Below are positions 23,463 to 37,580 of a DNA stretch of 64,000 bases, piece by piece. The notes under the pieces were generated by a model that saw only the letters and a program-made list of their open reading frames with translations, was not told the origin of the DNA and did no database searches. Source of the stretch: Phoronis australis (Eukaryota; Animalia; Phoronida); contig NMRA01000397.1 in NCBI GenBank assembly GCA_002633005.1, positions 333,176-397,175 of the forward strand, written 5' to 3'. Each line of letters starts with the position of its first letter. Within the stretch, counting starts at the first letter, position 1. The translations under genes were made by a program, and so were the position numbers.

Positions 23463-26400
23463 TTAAGAACGTCTTAGAGTATTTATTAAGCGTATAAATT
23501 AATTGTTACAACATTCATTTATATTCAATGGCGTAATCCTAACAACAACAGCGCAAACCAATCGGTTACAGGTATTATCGTTATATTTAGTTTTCCTACC
23601 ATTTCATCGTGCAATAAGATCTCCTTTATTTCCGCAAGAGGCTGTCGTGAACATTTCTGTGTAAAAATACAAGCTTGTGCAACGGTGTTGCCGACAAATC
23701 CCGTCTTCGTCCTCTTTCATGGAATTTTAAGGCACAAGAAATATCTTTTGCAAGGGTATGGACAAAAGATTAACTTCTTTTCTTTACTGTGGTCGTTCAC
23801 CACTGCACGCCGTATTTGGATGACCAATCGGCGAAATCTTCACGAACACTAAACGTCGTGGCTACTTTTGAGTGGCTGATACTTGGAACTTCACTTTTAA
23901 AGTTATGTAGGACATTATCGACAAGTTGTGTATTTAGCCAACTGTCTACATTACTTTACCCCCATGCTTCAATGTATAATGTCGTAAGGTGAGAATTTTC
24001 GAAACAAAGATCTGGACCAGTGTTTGGATGGCGTAATAGGGCATTTATCTCCGTCCCCAGCCTTTGGTTGAGGGCGCCCCCCGTTTTTGCTCCTGCCTCA
24101 TCTTCAGCAGATCTATCTTATGTTGATCAATTCCCTGACCTCCTCGTATTTCTCGTAATTTATATTACATTTGCTGCCCAAATTTTTTCTTGATTTACTC
24201 TATATTTTGCTTATATGTATTTCTCCATTACACTGCTCATATTTTTTTGTTCTCAATATTTTAAACAAAGACACTTCACAAGTTTGAAATTGACAAAATA
24301 ATATCAGCATGGTAGTCGACGTCTCGCGTACTTCGTCGGCGCACACATGCCCCGTGGGTGTCGCCTCGACCCAAATAATGGTGGCGGAGAAAGTGAATAG
24401 TCTTTTTAACGTCTATGTATTTAGCTCATCGCTTGCGACAGTCGTATAATTCTAACGAAGAACACTTTATATTAACCTTAAACCCTTCACACCATGGTCA
24501 TAAATGGTTGAATTCGGTTTCCAATAAGTTTAATACTATAGTTTAAATATTTCCTCTTCAATTTGTGTTCTTTTAATCAAAAAATAAACGCAAAAATTAA
24601 AATTCATTTGTGTCGTCATCAGAGCAAGTCCGGTCTCGACCATAGTGCTGATGTACACCAGCCGCGAGCCGGAGTGGTCTCGAAAACTAATTTTGGTTGA
24701 GTAATATGGAACGTTGTTTGTGCGGAAGATGTAGTAATAGCAAACAGACAGGCAATATTTCAGCTTTTTCGATTTCGAAATACCCCTGGCACAGGTTCAT
24801 GCGTCAGACACGGGTATAGCAGTACACAAGGTTTTGTTGGGAATGCATGCTGTCCACATACATCAATGCCCAATAGTAGAAAATGGAATGTAGGTGCCAG
24901 GCAAATAGTTTGAGGTCACGACCCCAGCCGGTTCAGATCGAGGCAGGAGTCGCACACAGAACCGATATCATCGCCAAATCATAACGATACAAAGCTTTCG
25001 TAAATCTGGATCAGACAAGACAGAAACGAAAGTCATTTACCAGAATTAAAGTGTAGTTTGCACCAATATTCGAAGAAATGACATCGGCGACTGATATTCG
25101 CGACTGGGCTCTGACAGTCACGATAAAAACTTCGCTTAGACAGTTCGAGACATGTATAACTCGACACTAAAGTGATTAGAAAACTAAAGTAATGGCCACT
25201 CTGAAATCAAGAATGTCCGCAGACTAAGTAGTGTCCGACTCGACTTTACTCGACGAAAACGCTGGTGCAGGAGGGTCGAGTTTTTACGGCCTGAAACACG
25301 CAAAGTATGCCGATGTAGCGAGGTCTATCTCATTATTTGTTTCACTTATAACCCGAGTGTCGTGTCCACCCAAATCTCTATACCAGTTTTCATATTAATC
25401 GTCAAGTTCGCTCTCTAAGTCTTCTTAACTTACGAAATCCATGCGCGCACCCAGCCTAAAATATAGGGGGTTCGAATTTTTCGGTATGCGGACCTTTTAC
25501 TGAAAAAATAACGAGGACTAAAATAAAAAAAACGGAGCCACTAGGTTCGAGCCCCCCGAGCCCACCATGGGTGCAACCATGAAATCACTACTATTCGCCG
25601 TTACATATATACTGTCAACTGAGGAACGTGTTCCACTGATACCATCACGTTGCGAGAAAACAAAAAATCGTGAATATTTCTTTGAAATTCAAAATTCCCC
25701 AATTATTTCTTAAAACAAGGGAATGTTTAGTTATGTTTTATGTAATGAAATTTTTAAATACCGTCTACTACCTCAAAAAGTGCAAAAATCCATTGCAGGA
25801 ACGTTTTAAGTTGCGGCTCGCTATTTCACTCAAATGACTATCATTCCATTAACAAGAAATTGCATTAGGCGATGTTGTTGGTAAATAATCGTGTTAGAAC
25901 AGTTTTAACGCTCTGTGATGGCTGAGTATGGATGAATAATATTCTTACAAGTGAGATATAACTATATTACATGAACAGTTTCCGAACATACGCCCCCCCC
26001 CACCAGTCAGGAAACACGTCAGGGCATATATTCGGTTTCATTTGACGTTTTTAAAGGTCGTTTTCCTAGCAACTGCCCATGGACAATTTTTTTTTCAAAA
26101 TTCCTGGTACTGACTGCCAAACTCCCGTGAGTTGAAGTATCGTAAATTAAGAACGCGTACGCAGACCACGGCTGAATTGAGTGTTGGAGCATTAAGAACG
26201 TGTATGCAGACCCCAGCTGAACTGACTGTTGGAACATGACACGGTTGCACACGTTGAAATTTTTATCCGCCTTGCATTTACGTAAATTAGTTCATTAAAT
26301 AACTAAAGACGACGCTATCATAACATACATTTCTATTAATGAAAATGCTCAAAACATCAACCATATTAATATAAAGATTAGTACGGAACGTCAGCGCAGT

Positions 26401-29400
26401 GAGTTCTCCATCATCGATAATGCAAACAATTTAGGGAGAATAATAGTGCGTGAAATATAATGATTACTAATGATCAGTGGAAACGGGGAGAAAATTGAGT
26501 GCACACAGTCATGTGACATTTATTTCAAAATTTCCCCACGTTTCGAGCGATGCGCTTTTTGTCAAGGGTGTGCTACAGACTGCTGAGTACAAGTAGAAGT
26601 TTTTACTAGTTTTACTATTTTATACTTTTATTGGTCGGTAACTGCACGGCATTCCAATATCTATTTGATATTGACATTTATTTCGATAATGATTTTCAGC
26701 ACTTCGATAAAGTTGACTATGAAACTCGAACAACGAGACTTTGATGTTTTGCAAATTCCCTAATGATTTGTAGTTGTCTAATGTATATTCGTTATAGTAA
26801 CAAGCGCCTTTTTCATTATCATCAGCAGCATATGTATTTTCTCAAATGACCTGGAATGTGTTATAACACGACTAGTTAATAACACCGAGTATGTAATTTT
26901 TGATATTACATGGGCAACTCACAAAGTAGTGCAAGGTAGGCATCCATGCGTCTTACATTTTATCGTCTACAAAACACTAAAACAACCAAACGTTCGCCAA
27001 ACAAGCAATACCGGAATTCCAAGAAAACGACGAGGTTATTATGATTGACAAATCGGGTGTGGAAACTTTACGTACCCCCAGTTGGAAGGACATGCAAACA
27101 ACTTTTTAAACAGACCCTTCTTCGGCGGCGAATTCCATCCTCGTTCATTCAAACGGAGACGAGTTCTAACTCAAGAAACGCGGCGAGACTGTCTAGCTGA
27201 GCTTCTCAAGGTCAATTTAGTGCACACGCGCGAGGAAGCCTCGAGATTTTGACGAAATTTCCAAGAGGTTTTGCCCGTGTCATAAACCTGAGACTCGTGT
27301 AGGATTCTCAATGTAATAACAATCAGTATTTAGATAAAACTGGGCTTACTTGACACTTCAGAATGAAAAAACAATTTTAATTGTTTATATTTAATTTGTT
27401 AAAACAAATCAAATATAAACATAACTACGTCTATGCTCGTATGCTAACTGAACAAATTTGGCAAATTTTTCTAGGAAAATATTCAAATCATTTTAATCAT
27501 TTTACTGTGGGTTCATATGAAACGTTAGGTACTTGGATAGTTATATTAGAAATACCATGAAGTGCACTGCAAAAGGTGAGCAGATTTTTAAATCTAAAAG
27601 AAATAATTTCTCACTGCAGTTTGGTCTTAGCCTGAGAAATAAATTTCATGAAATACGGATAAGTTGTACAAGAGATAAACAAGTTTAATACAATATGTAC
27701 AATATGCTCCGTACACTATAACTAACCTGAGCGCAAACGAAGACTCGTTTAAAACTGCAAACTGCACTTACCGAAGTGTTCACGTAATGTGAATTAGATG
27801 TTAAGAGTTCTGTTGCATAGGAAATCTTTGAAAGACAACAGCGAAATACAAAGGAAATTTGATTCTGAAAACCGGAATTTCTGGTTCCACAGTTTGATCC
27901 TGATCGATCTCAACGGCTCAGAATCACTTCCTTATAATGATCACCTAACCTCGGCTTGTATTTATTGCGTGCCGCCATACCCTCACCTTCTATGATGTGG
28001 GCCGCATCTCAAGTCTTTTTATCACGTGACCGTATCTCGGGGGGCTTCATTTTTCTTATTTGGCTAGTATTTGAATTGCATATTTTTTGTAAAAACAGAT
28101 TTTTATTTACCAAAAGGTGTCGCTGTGTGCTGCCTCACAATTTGACAAGGTTTAAAAAGGCCATATTCATTAACATACTGAAAAATGCTGTAATCAATTA
28201 TATCTATCTGAAACAAATAATTCAAAATATAAAAAATAATCCTAGTCTTGCTCAAATGAAATTAAGGCTTTCACTTTCATAAAATCAATTTGATAACATC
28301 TTTCTCACCGCGTACATGCATCGTTTTCAAATTCGCACTTTTGGGGTTGACCAACTCCACTAAAGTATGTTTTCTTCAGTCGATGATGGTTTCGATGTTC
28401 TCGATGCAAAATGGAAATGAAACCCTATCACGACAATCAAAGTAAATGCCTCATTCGACTTCCATGTTTTTTAACCATTTAGACATTGCGAAATGCAAAT
28501 TTTGAGTGTGTGCGTGAGGGCGGGCGCGTGTGTGTTGAACATCCTACTCATTGCTACACTCTTTCGTTATTAGTACGGCAATAAAGCCGCCTTCTGTCAC
28601 AAAACAGTTTTTGATTTAGATCAATAACTGTTCTGAAATTGGTATCAGATGTTTTCTCAGTCGACACAGGTTTCTCATCTTCCTTTGGAAAGAAGAGGCA
28701 GGCCAATTTTGCTTGAGACTAGGCTCTACAAAATGACTTGTNCACGTCCTGGCGCTTTATTCTCCGACTGAGAAATAACTTAGTTATTTACAAGACCAAA
28801 AATAAAATCTCTCTGAGAAAGAAACAAGCTGAAAATTTAAAGAGGTTAGTCGTCAAAATTGACACAGGTTTATTGCCTCTTCGGTAGTATCACTCGTTTT
28901 ATTTGATCATATGCAACTCAGTAGCGCATCGTTGAGGTGTAATCAGTTTACTATTATACCCTTCGCACTAGGAAACAACTTGACAATTTGCCTATGCGTC
29001 TTCTGCAGCAGGTACCACCATAGTCATCATCATTTTCTTCAACTCAAAATTGCCGGTGCCGCTCTCTAACGCCTTCTTATTATTTATTCTTCCTCTTAAC
29101 GCTTACACACTTCTTCTCTAATTTGATTCTCTTATCAGACGAAGCAGGTGCGAAGACGTATGAATATCTTTTAACGACAGATAAGGTAGAACCGAAACAT
29201 AACATTTAAGGTTTAAAAAATACATCTGATTACCTTATCAGGTAAAGCAGCTGCTTTGTCACAGTGACCTCTTTAAGGACAATCATTCTGGGGTTTACTC
29301 CCGAATAACGTATGTTGAGGACTATTTAATTGGATGTGATAGAGTTCCTGAACTTATTAGCTTAGTACAGAATTATAAAACTATAAAATCCGATGTTTTT

Positions 29401-29619
29401 GTGATTATACTACAAATAGCCAATACTAACCGTTGTCTGCCAGACATTCGCTTTGATAAAACCCAGTGATTTTATCTGATAAAAGTCTCTAAAGACTGTT
29501 TCAGTAGATAAAGTTTGTAATACCTTTGGAGTTTTCGTGAGTGCAAAGGTTTTGAGAAAAAAAAAACAATGATTAAGTCATACTGCGTTACCGGCTTCAG
29601 AAGCAATTAAAATAATTGA

Positions 29620-29654
<35 letters not shown>

Positions 29655-29689
29655 ACTCAATGTGACATATAAATTGACTTCTTCGGATA

Positions 29690-32150
29690 TGACTGAACGG
29701 TTAAAATCCGTTATGGGAAAACTAATCAGTAAGGACCAGACAGGTTTCGCTTTTGGAAGAAATATGAACGAAAATATCTGCGTGCTATATGATTTAATGT
29801 TTTTGCCAAGGCAGGTAACAAATCATTATTGCTTTCACTGATTGATTTTGAGAAAGCATTTGATTAATTGTCGTGGAATTTTATTAAAAAACTTTATCTT
29901 TTCTTAATTTTGGTTGGTAGATCGGAAGGTGGGTAAAATCTTTTATAGTAATATTATGTCGTGTATTGTCGTAAATTGTCATCCATCTTCCTGGTTCAAT
30001 ATTTCGCGTAGCTGCAGACAAGGTGACCCTCTGTCTCCCTACATTTTTGTTATGTACTTAGTCACACAATAACAGAATGTTTGTAGGTTGTTATTGTTTA
30101 TGAGTTCAGTAGTTTAATTGGTATTATGTCATGCGATTCCTAGTATAGGAAGTGTGTCATAGGTAATACATCATATGTTGTTATGTATTTGTGTGTGTAT
30201 ATATATATATAGTTGTGATATGTAGAATAAATTAGTTCAGTGTTCAATTCAATTCTGTTCGTTTCACTGCGTAGTTCATGGAGTGTCTACTTTATATGAC
30301 AAAGTAAGATACACAACAATTTTCATATTATGCGCGGAGATTTTGGCGTATTTAATCAAGAATAATAAAATATTGCTGGTGTAGTTGCAGGAAATAAGGA
30401 ATATTTGATTTCGCAATTTTCTGATGACATATCAATTATGTTGGATGGGTCGAATTTGTCATTGACTAGCATGTTGAATTTACTACATTTGTTTGCTGGT
30501 GTCTCCGGTCTCCAAGTCAATATGGATAAAACACAAGCCATGATTTTGAAGTAAAACTCGTAGCGATGACGTGAAAGTCTGTCTTGGACAAAAAAAGATC
30601 ATTTAGATTTTTGGGGGTGGATATTGACACTAAATTGGATAATATGACGCATAAGAACTTCACTGCACGAATAAATTCTTTATTAAAAAATTGGTGTCGA
30701 CGAAATTTAACGCCGTTTGGTACAGTAATTGTAATCCAAAACTTTAGCTATTTTTAAACTTAATTTTTGTTGTCAAGTTACCAAATCCACCAGTAATAGT
30801 CTTGGATGAATTGAATACGACATTTTTAGATTTGTATGACAGGCTCGTAATGATAAAATTAAACGAACCACGGCCTGTTTAGGACTTGATCAATGGGACT
30901 TCAAATGGTTAATATACATACTTTCAGCAAAGCTTTAAAACTCGCCATGACCCGTAGATATCTTGAAAGCCCTGCGTCTAAAAGTGGTTTATTACTGTAC
31001 ACACTCTACCCGTTCTTAAAAAAAATTTCTTTTTGGAAATAACTTTATTAAGTCGAAGTTAATTTCTACTGGCGCGACGTATTTGGAATTATTGCATCTT
31101 ACTACAAGACAATAATTGTTGGGAGCAAAGAGGATTTTTTAATCAACCTTTGTTGTTCAATTATAGTAACTTGGCAATCGGAGGTACAAGTGTTTTTTAT
31201 AAGTCTTGGTTTGTAAAAGGCTTCAGATTTATCACAGATATGTATACCTTTGATGGCGATATCATTAGTTTAAACCATATGATAAGTGGATTCGATGCAA
31301 AAAACCAACTTTGTAGAATATAATGGTGTTGTTTCTGTTCTAAGAAGGTTTAAAGAAGTCTATTTCAAAGTAAATTTAAAAGTGTCAATGTCTATTCTCC
31401 TTGCATGCCTTTACAGTATTTACTAGCTTACGGAAAGATTTGAAGAGTTGTAGACAGATTTGTTCAGTCTTTAACGACGTTAAGAAACCTTCTAAGTCAG
31501 AATCTAAATTGGAAGTATAGTTAGGAGGTAGTTTAGATTGGAAGAAAATATACGCATTGCCTTATGAAATTACAAAGGATCCCAACATTAGATGGTTCCA
31601 ATTAAGAATATTACACAAGATTATTGAAACAAATACTTTTTAGTCAAGATCTGTGTTCTTGATTCTGATGTATGTTTCTTTTGTAATAAAGCTCCAGAGA
31701 CGCTGTCACACCTTTTTTGGGAAAGTCGACCTGTACAAGATTTTTAGAAGGAATTCAGAAAACTACTTCAAAAGTGTCTCATTCAGCTTCCCAACTGTCT
31801 TTCTTACAAACGTGTTATTCTTGGACTTTATGAGACGTGTGATTTTCTATTTAACATTTTGTTTTTACTAGCCAAACAGTACATTTACAAGGAGAGATGA
31901 CACAAAAATATACCTAACTTTCACAACTTTATTACATATACGTATGAGTACTATAATCCTGAAAAATTAATTGCGTATTGTATATGACAGCTTCTATGCG
32001 AAATGGGAAAATTTTATTGTTCACGTTAACTTCATATGTAGCAATTGTTTACTGTACATGGAATGCGAGAATGAGGTGTGCATTCGTGAATGAATGAATG
32101 TACTTATTTGTTTGTTTGTTTTTGTACTTGTTTATCAATGATAAAATATA
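29690..32150 (+). mobile_element. Degenerate 5'-truncated L1/Tx1-clade LINE (RT and zf-RVT)
   Basis: Broken frames read ISKDQTGF, DFEKAFD, CRQGDPLSPYIF, ILCAEILA, ISQFSDD, IRWFQLRILHKII and CFFCNKAPETLSHLFW, with many stops and frameshifts. Confidence 0.8.
30053..30325. mobile_element. ~270-bp insertion in the LINE RT, possibly a solo LTR
   Basis: Interrupts PLSPYIF/LCAE. Begins TG, ends CA, contains AATAAA, and is flanked by tgtta/tatta (imperfect 5-bp duplication). Confidence 0.35.
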
Positions 32151-32449
32151 CCTGAAAAAAACTTTCTATGAAAAATATTTTGATTGGTGTTGATATTTTG
32201 CATTGAAATGGATAATAATCAGAATATTGCAGGCTCTACCGGGTAGGTCAATAAGGATACCAGTGCCGAGTTTGTTTACGCAACTGGTAACTCGACTCAG
32301 GGTGATGACACCAAATACATCCTTAATTCTTAAATTTTGAGGATTGACGAAAGTCACAAGATACGGAGAATTATTTGTGTGTTTGCTATCAAATACACTT
32401 CGTTTACAACGCGTTGAGTTATAGCAGCATGTTGTTTATTCAATATACT

Positions 32450-34711
32450 TACTTTGTGATGAGTAAAATGATATATCTGCTGTTCACAATTGCATCATTA
32501 ATGCACTCGACTATTGGAAGTCCCAACAGGAAATCACGGTGGTGTATGCACAGTTGTAATCCGAACCCTTCATCGCCCTCTACAGCCCTGCGTATTCGTT
32601 CCACCCAAGCAACGTCCTCGCTTCTGTGACAAAGAAAGTCGTCGTATGTGTACTGTACAGATGGTAGACGGTGATATTTTCGTCTCCTGACGAGAATGAG
32701 CCAAAAACGAATGGTCCATCGCCTGCGGTATGCTACTCCTATACAAACTGTCAAAATGGCTATTGCAGACATGATGGATAAAGACAACAAAGTTGGGGTG
32801 CATTTGTCTTGCAAAGTATTAAAACGAAATTCTAAAAGTCGTACTGCAGATTTCCGAGAGCAATAAAGAGTGCGGCTGTCCAGTGTCATCGTGGTCTGTA
32901 AGCCGGTGTAAAAACACAAGAATTTCACATCTGCTACAGTAGTACGGGTTGTCAGCCAGCAGAACTGTTATGTTTCCTCTGTACAACGACTTAAGAAATC
33001 AGTCGCTTAGATACTGTATTCTGTTTGATGTCATGTCTGCTACTTCTAAAGCAGTCAGGTTGTCGAAATGAACGAAACCGTCCGTCAGAAAATTTCTTGA
33101 GAGATCCAAAATCGCCATAGTTCCGTGTTTTAATGCAGGTAAAGAAACAAGGCGGTTATTTCGCAAGATGACTTTACTGAGATTCTTCAGATAGATGAAA
33201 GTGTTGACGTGAAGTCCATAAATTCCGTTATCGGATAGGTCGATCGTATTTACATTTGTCATGTTTTGGAAAAGAGCGCCGTATTCATCTGAAGCAAGTT
33301 TATCTGCTAACTAATTGCCAGAAAGAATTATTGTTTTTAGACTTGTCATGTTTTTTAGGATTCCAGGCGGGATATCCCTTAACTCCTTGAATCCCAGGTT
33401 TAAAATTTCCACATGATTAGCCTACCTCCGACTATCTGGCGGGTAACTGGGAACACCGTAAATCTATTCCACGACACGTCAAGGATTTTAAGCTTGTTTT
33501 TCATAACAAGAATACTTGTCACGAAGCTCTGTCAGAAAAAAGACCCCTTGCAATATAATTCCTCGAGATTTCGAGGAAGTGCAAATTTAAAGTCCATGAG
33601 CGCTTGTACACTTTTACCTATCGAACGCTTTTGTTTAGTGAAATACCTACTTTATCGAGTGTTCCTTGCACCGCTAATGTCAAGCACTGCTAAATATCGC
33701 AGTCGTATCAAATCTAGATACATATCTTTGTAACGCCAAAAGTGCGCTGTCATGTAATGAAAGAAAAAAGGGTTTCTCCTTAGAGACAGATATCGCAACT
33801 TTGGCAAGTACTTATGAAAGTTCCACGCAAAATCGGATATATAATCGTTCAAGGAAAGGTTCTCGATTGGCAAATGAGAAAGCATTTTAAGACTGTCTAG
33901 AGTGAAATTAAAACGGCGATGTACATTGTTTAAGCTTTCAAGCAACAGTCTTTTTAGTGAGGACCTGATTTAAGATACGAGTGGCAATATTGTCTTTAAA
34001 CTTGTCGACCGGTGATCCCTGATTTCGACCTCCTCAAGTGATGGCAGATTGTCAAACGCACTGTTGTGTATGGTAGTAAAAGAGCAATTTTCTAGGCTCA
34101 CGGACTTGATCGAAATGTTCTTTAAAGACAGGAAAATACTTTTTTTCAAAGTTCGACGGATGTCCATGTTTGAACTTTATTTCTCTAAGCCCGGTCAACT
34201 TTCCTATTTCTATCCCAAATACAGCGTTGTTGACCAAGGAAACAGTGAGAACTTCGATATTACCAAGGGCTTTGGATGTTCTATTTGGATACCAGCGATC
34301 ATCTTTTTCCTTTCCACTAATTTTTCAAATTCTTTAGGTTGACAAGCTCAGCCATGGTTTCCCCATTCATTACATCCTGTTGTCGGAGACTTTAAGTACT
34401 TCCAAGTTCTGAAGTCCAGTGAAGACTCTTTTTTCGATACGTCGAATGCGATTTTTCGAGAGATCTAAAACACGCAAGTTCGTCAAATTTTTTAATACCG
34501 ATGACGGGATAACTATTATGAGGTTCGCACTCAAATTCAGACGTGTGTAGCGATTGATAATATCTTTTGGGATAGATCGGAGACTTGAGTGTGAGCAGTC
34601 GAGAAGCAAACTTGTTTCTTTACATCCTTTCGGTAAAGATAGCGAATATTTCCTTTCGTGGCTGAGCACAATGAAGAAGATAATGAATGGAAGGAAGCGT
34701 CCCATGGACAT
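32450..34711 (-). pseudogene. Toll-like receptor pseudogene (signal peptide, LRRNT, LRRs, LRRCT, TM, N-terminal half of TIR)
   Basis: Signal peptide MGRFLPFIIFFIVL; LDCSHSSLRSIP; many LxxLxLxxN repeats; NPYYCSRC; TM followed by YRRRWTIRFW; TIR YDDFLCH..LCIHHRDFLLG..INDAIVNSR. At least five stops or frameshifts. Ends at a donor-like AA|GTAAGT near 32452; the remaining TIR exon was not found. Confidence 0.85.
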
Positions 34712-35827
34712 CTTGCTTTTCACGGTAAGTGAAGCTGATCAGACGAAATACAATGAACTATAGTTTGATACAAGCCAGTCAGTCAAATAGCGGCATTTGG
34801 CAACAACATTTATCTAAAAGCCTCATGCAGAGTCACATCTTAGACCAAATTCAAACAGAAATTGTACAGCATTGCGGTGCAGTATTTGATCACAGGAACA
34901 ATCGCTAAACTACAATTTTGAATGCTCGTTTCTTGACAAATTCCAAAAACGGTTCCATCGGGTAACTTACGTTACTCTATACTAAAGCGCCAATAAACCC
35001 ACCTTCCACTCTCAAAAAATTGTGATTTACACCACTTACGTTATAAGATTGGTCTCAAATTGTTCTTTAGCCACATCGGACGGAGTTATGGGCTTGACCT
35101 AGCAGCAAGTCACTGCTCAAAACGAGGCTCTATAAGTTGGCTTGTCACCACATCATTTTATTCGCCCGAGCATGTACTCTAGTCCGTCAGTTCTTCGCAA
35201 ACCCAGTGACCATTGAGTAAGGAGCAAGTTGAGACCAAATGTGCAGCGGTCTGGTCTGGTCAAAAGTTCGCTTATTGGACCGAGAGCGGGCTGATAGCCT
35301 CTTTAATGTACGAAAACAATGTTTTTGGTTCGGCGGCAATGCTCTAAGTTATACATGTATCGGGCGATGCTCGGCGATAAAGCCGATTGACTTCCATTGC
35401 GATGGCTTAGAATGTTCAGGCGATTTTTATCGGGTCCGAGGAGTAGGTTCCAACTGTGAACCTAAATCTAAGCCGCAATTGGTTCTGATGCTTAACTTGA
35501 GTTTCAGAGCAAAAAGGATTACATCGGACGATAATCATATGGCGTTTAAAATCGGCTACAAATGCTCCACCGGGACAGTTTAAACAGTATTTTTGACGGA
35601 CAAGTGTCTGAAAAGCTATTAAGCAGGTGACGGTAAGCAAACTTCCTTGAAATGATGTTCCATGGTCTCAGCTAAGATTATAAATTAGTGCAAACCAAAG
35701 ATATTAGCAAAGCTTAATTTTTGCATTAGACCGAATTACACAGTGACATTCGAATCTCGCTGTATTTACTCGCAATGCCGCAAAAATCGTTCGTATGATT
35801 TATATTTTTTCAGGTGCATTACATCCA

Positions 35828-36000
35828 ATGCCAACGAAGTATTACAGCGGTGCTGTGGGTTCTAACTCCAACTGGACAAGGCAGGATAATTTGACAAATA
35901 TCAGTGGATGCGTGATGTGAGGTGCTTCGTCTTCTCTATCAAAGACAAGAAAATGTAGAGGAAGTGGATAAAGCAAGTTTGTCAGGTTAATTTCTTGAAA
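35828..36000 (+). pseudogene. THAP zinc-finger remnant, probably transposon-derived
   Basis: MPTKYYSGAVGSN..VRCFVFSIKDKKM*RKWIKQVCQVNF resembles the THAP pattern with the cysteines decayed. Confidence 0.4.
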
Positions 36001-37580
36001 ATACCGTTTCAATTTTGGTGCTTAATGCGCGTGGAATAGGGAATAATTCTACGGCCACACAACTCAAGTCAAAATGTGCTGACATTTCAAACCATGGACA
36101 ATGAAAACAACAGGCTTCCTTACCTCTGGGAGAAAGGAAACTTCTATTGTGAAATCCGGGACGGCCCTACTAGACACCTATTACCCCGATGATGGGAGGG
36201 CGCATGCCCCCACTGACCTATGCTATTAACCTCGACAGTACAAAACATCAACTCAACAAAACGTTCGTCGTAATGCCTGGTTTAATGCTTCAGCCATGAG
36301 TGCTACGAAGTCTTGACTTATGAAGTAATCATGAGTTATTGAATCAGTCAACTGGTGAGACAGTTGCTGAAAGTGACTCAAGAGTTAATAACAAGTCAAG
36401 GCTTCAGTTTGCAGCACTGACTAACAGCATTGGAACATTACAGCATACATTACTCTGGATGTTTTGTTTGAGTGGGCTTGTACGCTGATGTCCTGTGATT
36501 GAGAAATGTGAGAAAAAAATTTTTTGCAATAAAAGCCCTACTGTGGGTTGCTGAGACTATTTTAGCTCGGAAACTCGTAAACGTTGTTATAAAAAATTAT
36601 ATGCATGCCGCTAACTTAAGGCTGCTTTTGTCGAATATCACGCTTTAATGCGTCTTGCATTGAAAAGCAAATTTCATACCTTAATAGTTTAAAATTACCG
36701 CTAGGTCACATTTCTTCAGGTTTCCTTGATATAGGTTACTGTGCAGTCACATGTTTTACAAATCCTAAATGTGAAGTTCCGCTGCAATGTAAAAGTGTAT
36801 CTAGCACCCATATGAGAATTCAGGATGCGTCCCTTGAATTTAGCATGTAAATATAGAATTTTCAAATTGTTGACTTGGACACCCCATTTTTAAAAAAATC
36901 CTTGATTCGAACCTCACTTTTTTAAAAGATCATGGATCCCTCCCTAAGACCTGTTGTAACAAGTGCGATTTTTTTCATACTATTTTGTAACTCACAGAGA
37001 TCGCCGAACGTCAATTCCATAAACGTCATTTTTGGCGTAAAACCAGCCATGGGCCACTTGTTTAGTGCACGCTGTTGTCAAAACGAAGATTTGTGGCACT
37101 TTCGCGGAATGCTAAGGCTTAATTTGGCAACGGAGTTCTAAGCAAATGCCAGACGCTGTTTGGCATCTTTCTGGTTGATTTAGAATTTCGAGCCAAAGTT
37201 TATGGAGATCTTCGTTGAAAATTGTAATTTTAGAGAAAGCTGAATAACGTAATTGCAGAGGTTCAATCCCTATTTGCATACTCATGATAGACAAAGTATA
37301 ATCTAACTGCACTAGAGGTGAGACTGTAAGTAGTCAATTACTGCTAGGTTGTGTTGTCGTTGTTGTTTTTCAGTCTGGGTAATTTTGGGAACTATGTTGT
37401 AATTCATTTCAAAAGTGAAGAATACAGGTTTAGAACACTAGTTTTCGCATTGCAATTCTTACCTTTCAAATCACTGCTTTTTCAAATCACATATCACCGC
37501 CTATGACAAAAAATGCTTCCCAGAACTAGAAGTCTTGTTGAACATCATTAGTAGGAGGTTGACGTTTTGTGATAAAAAAT

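Noticed and set aside
28600-28730. Possible last TIR exon of the TLR (..NWPASSFQRKMRNLCRLRKHL)
   Set aside because: It offers only a WP dipeptide and an acceptor-like site, with no TIR box 3 (FW) and no intervening exon, so support is insufficient.
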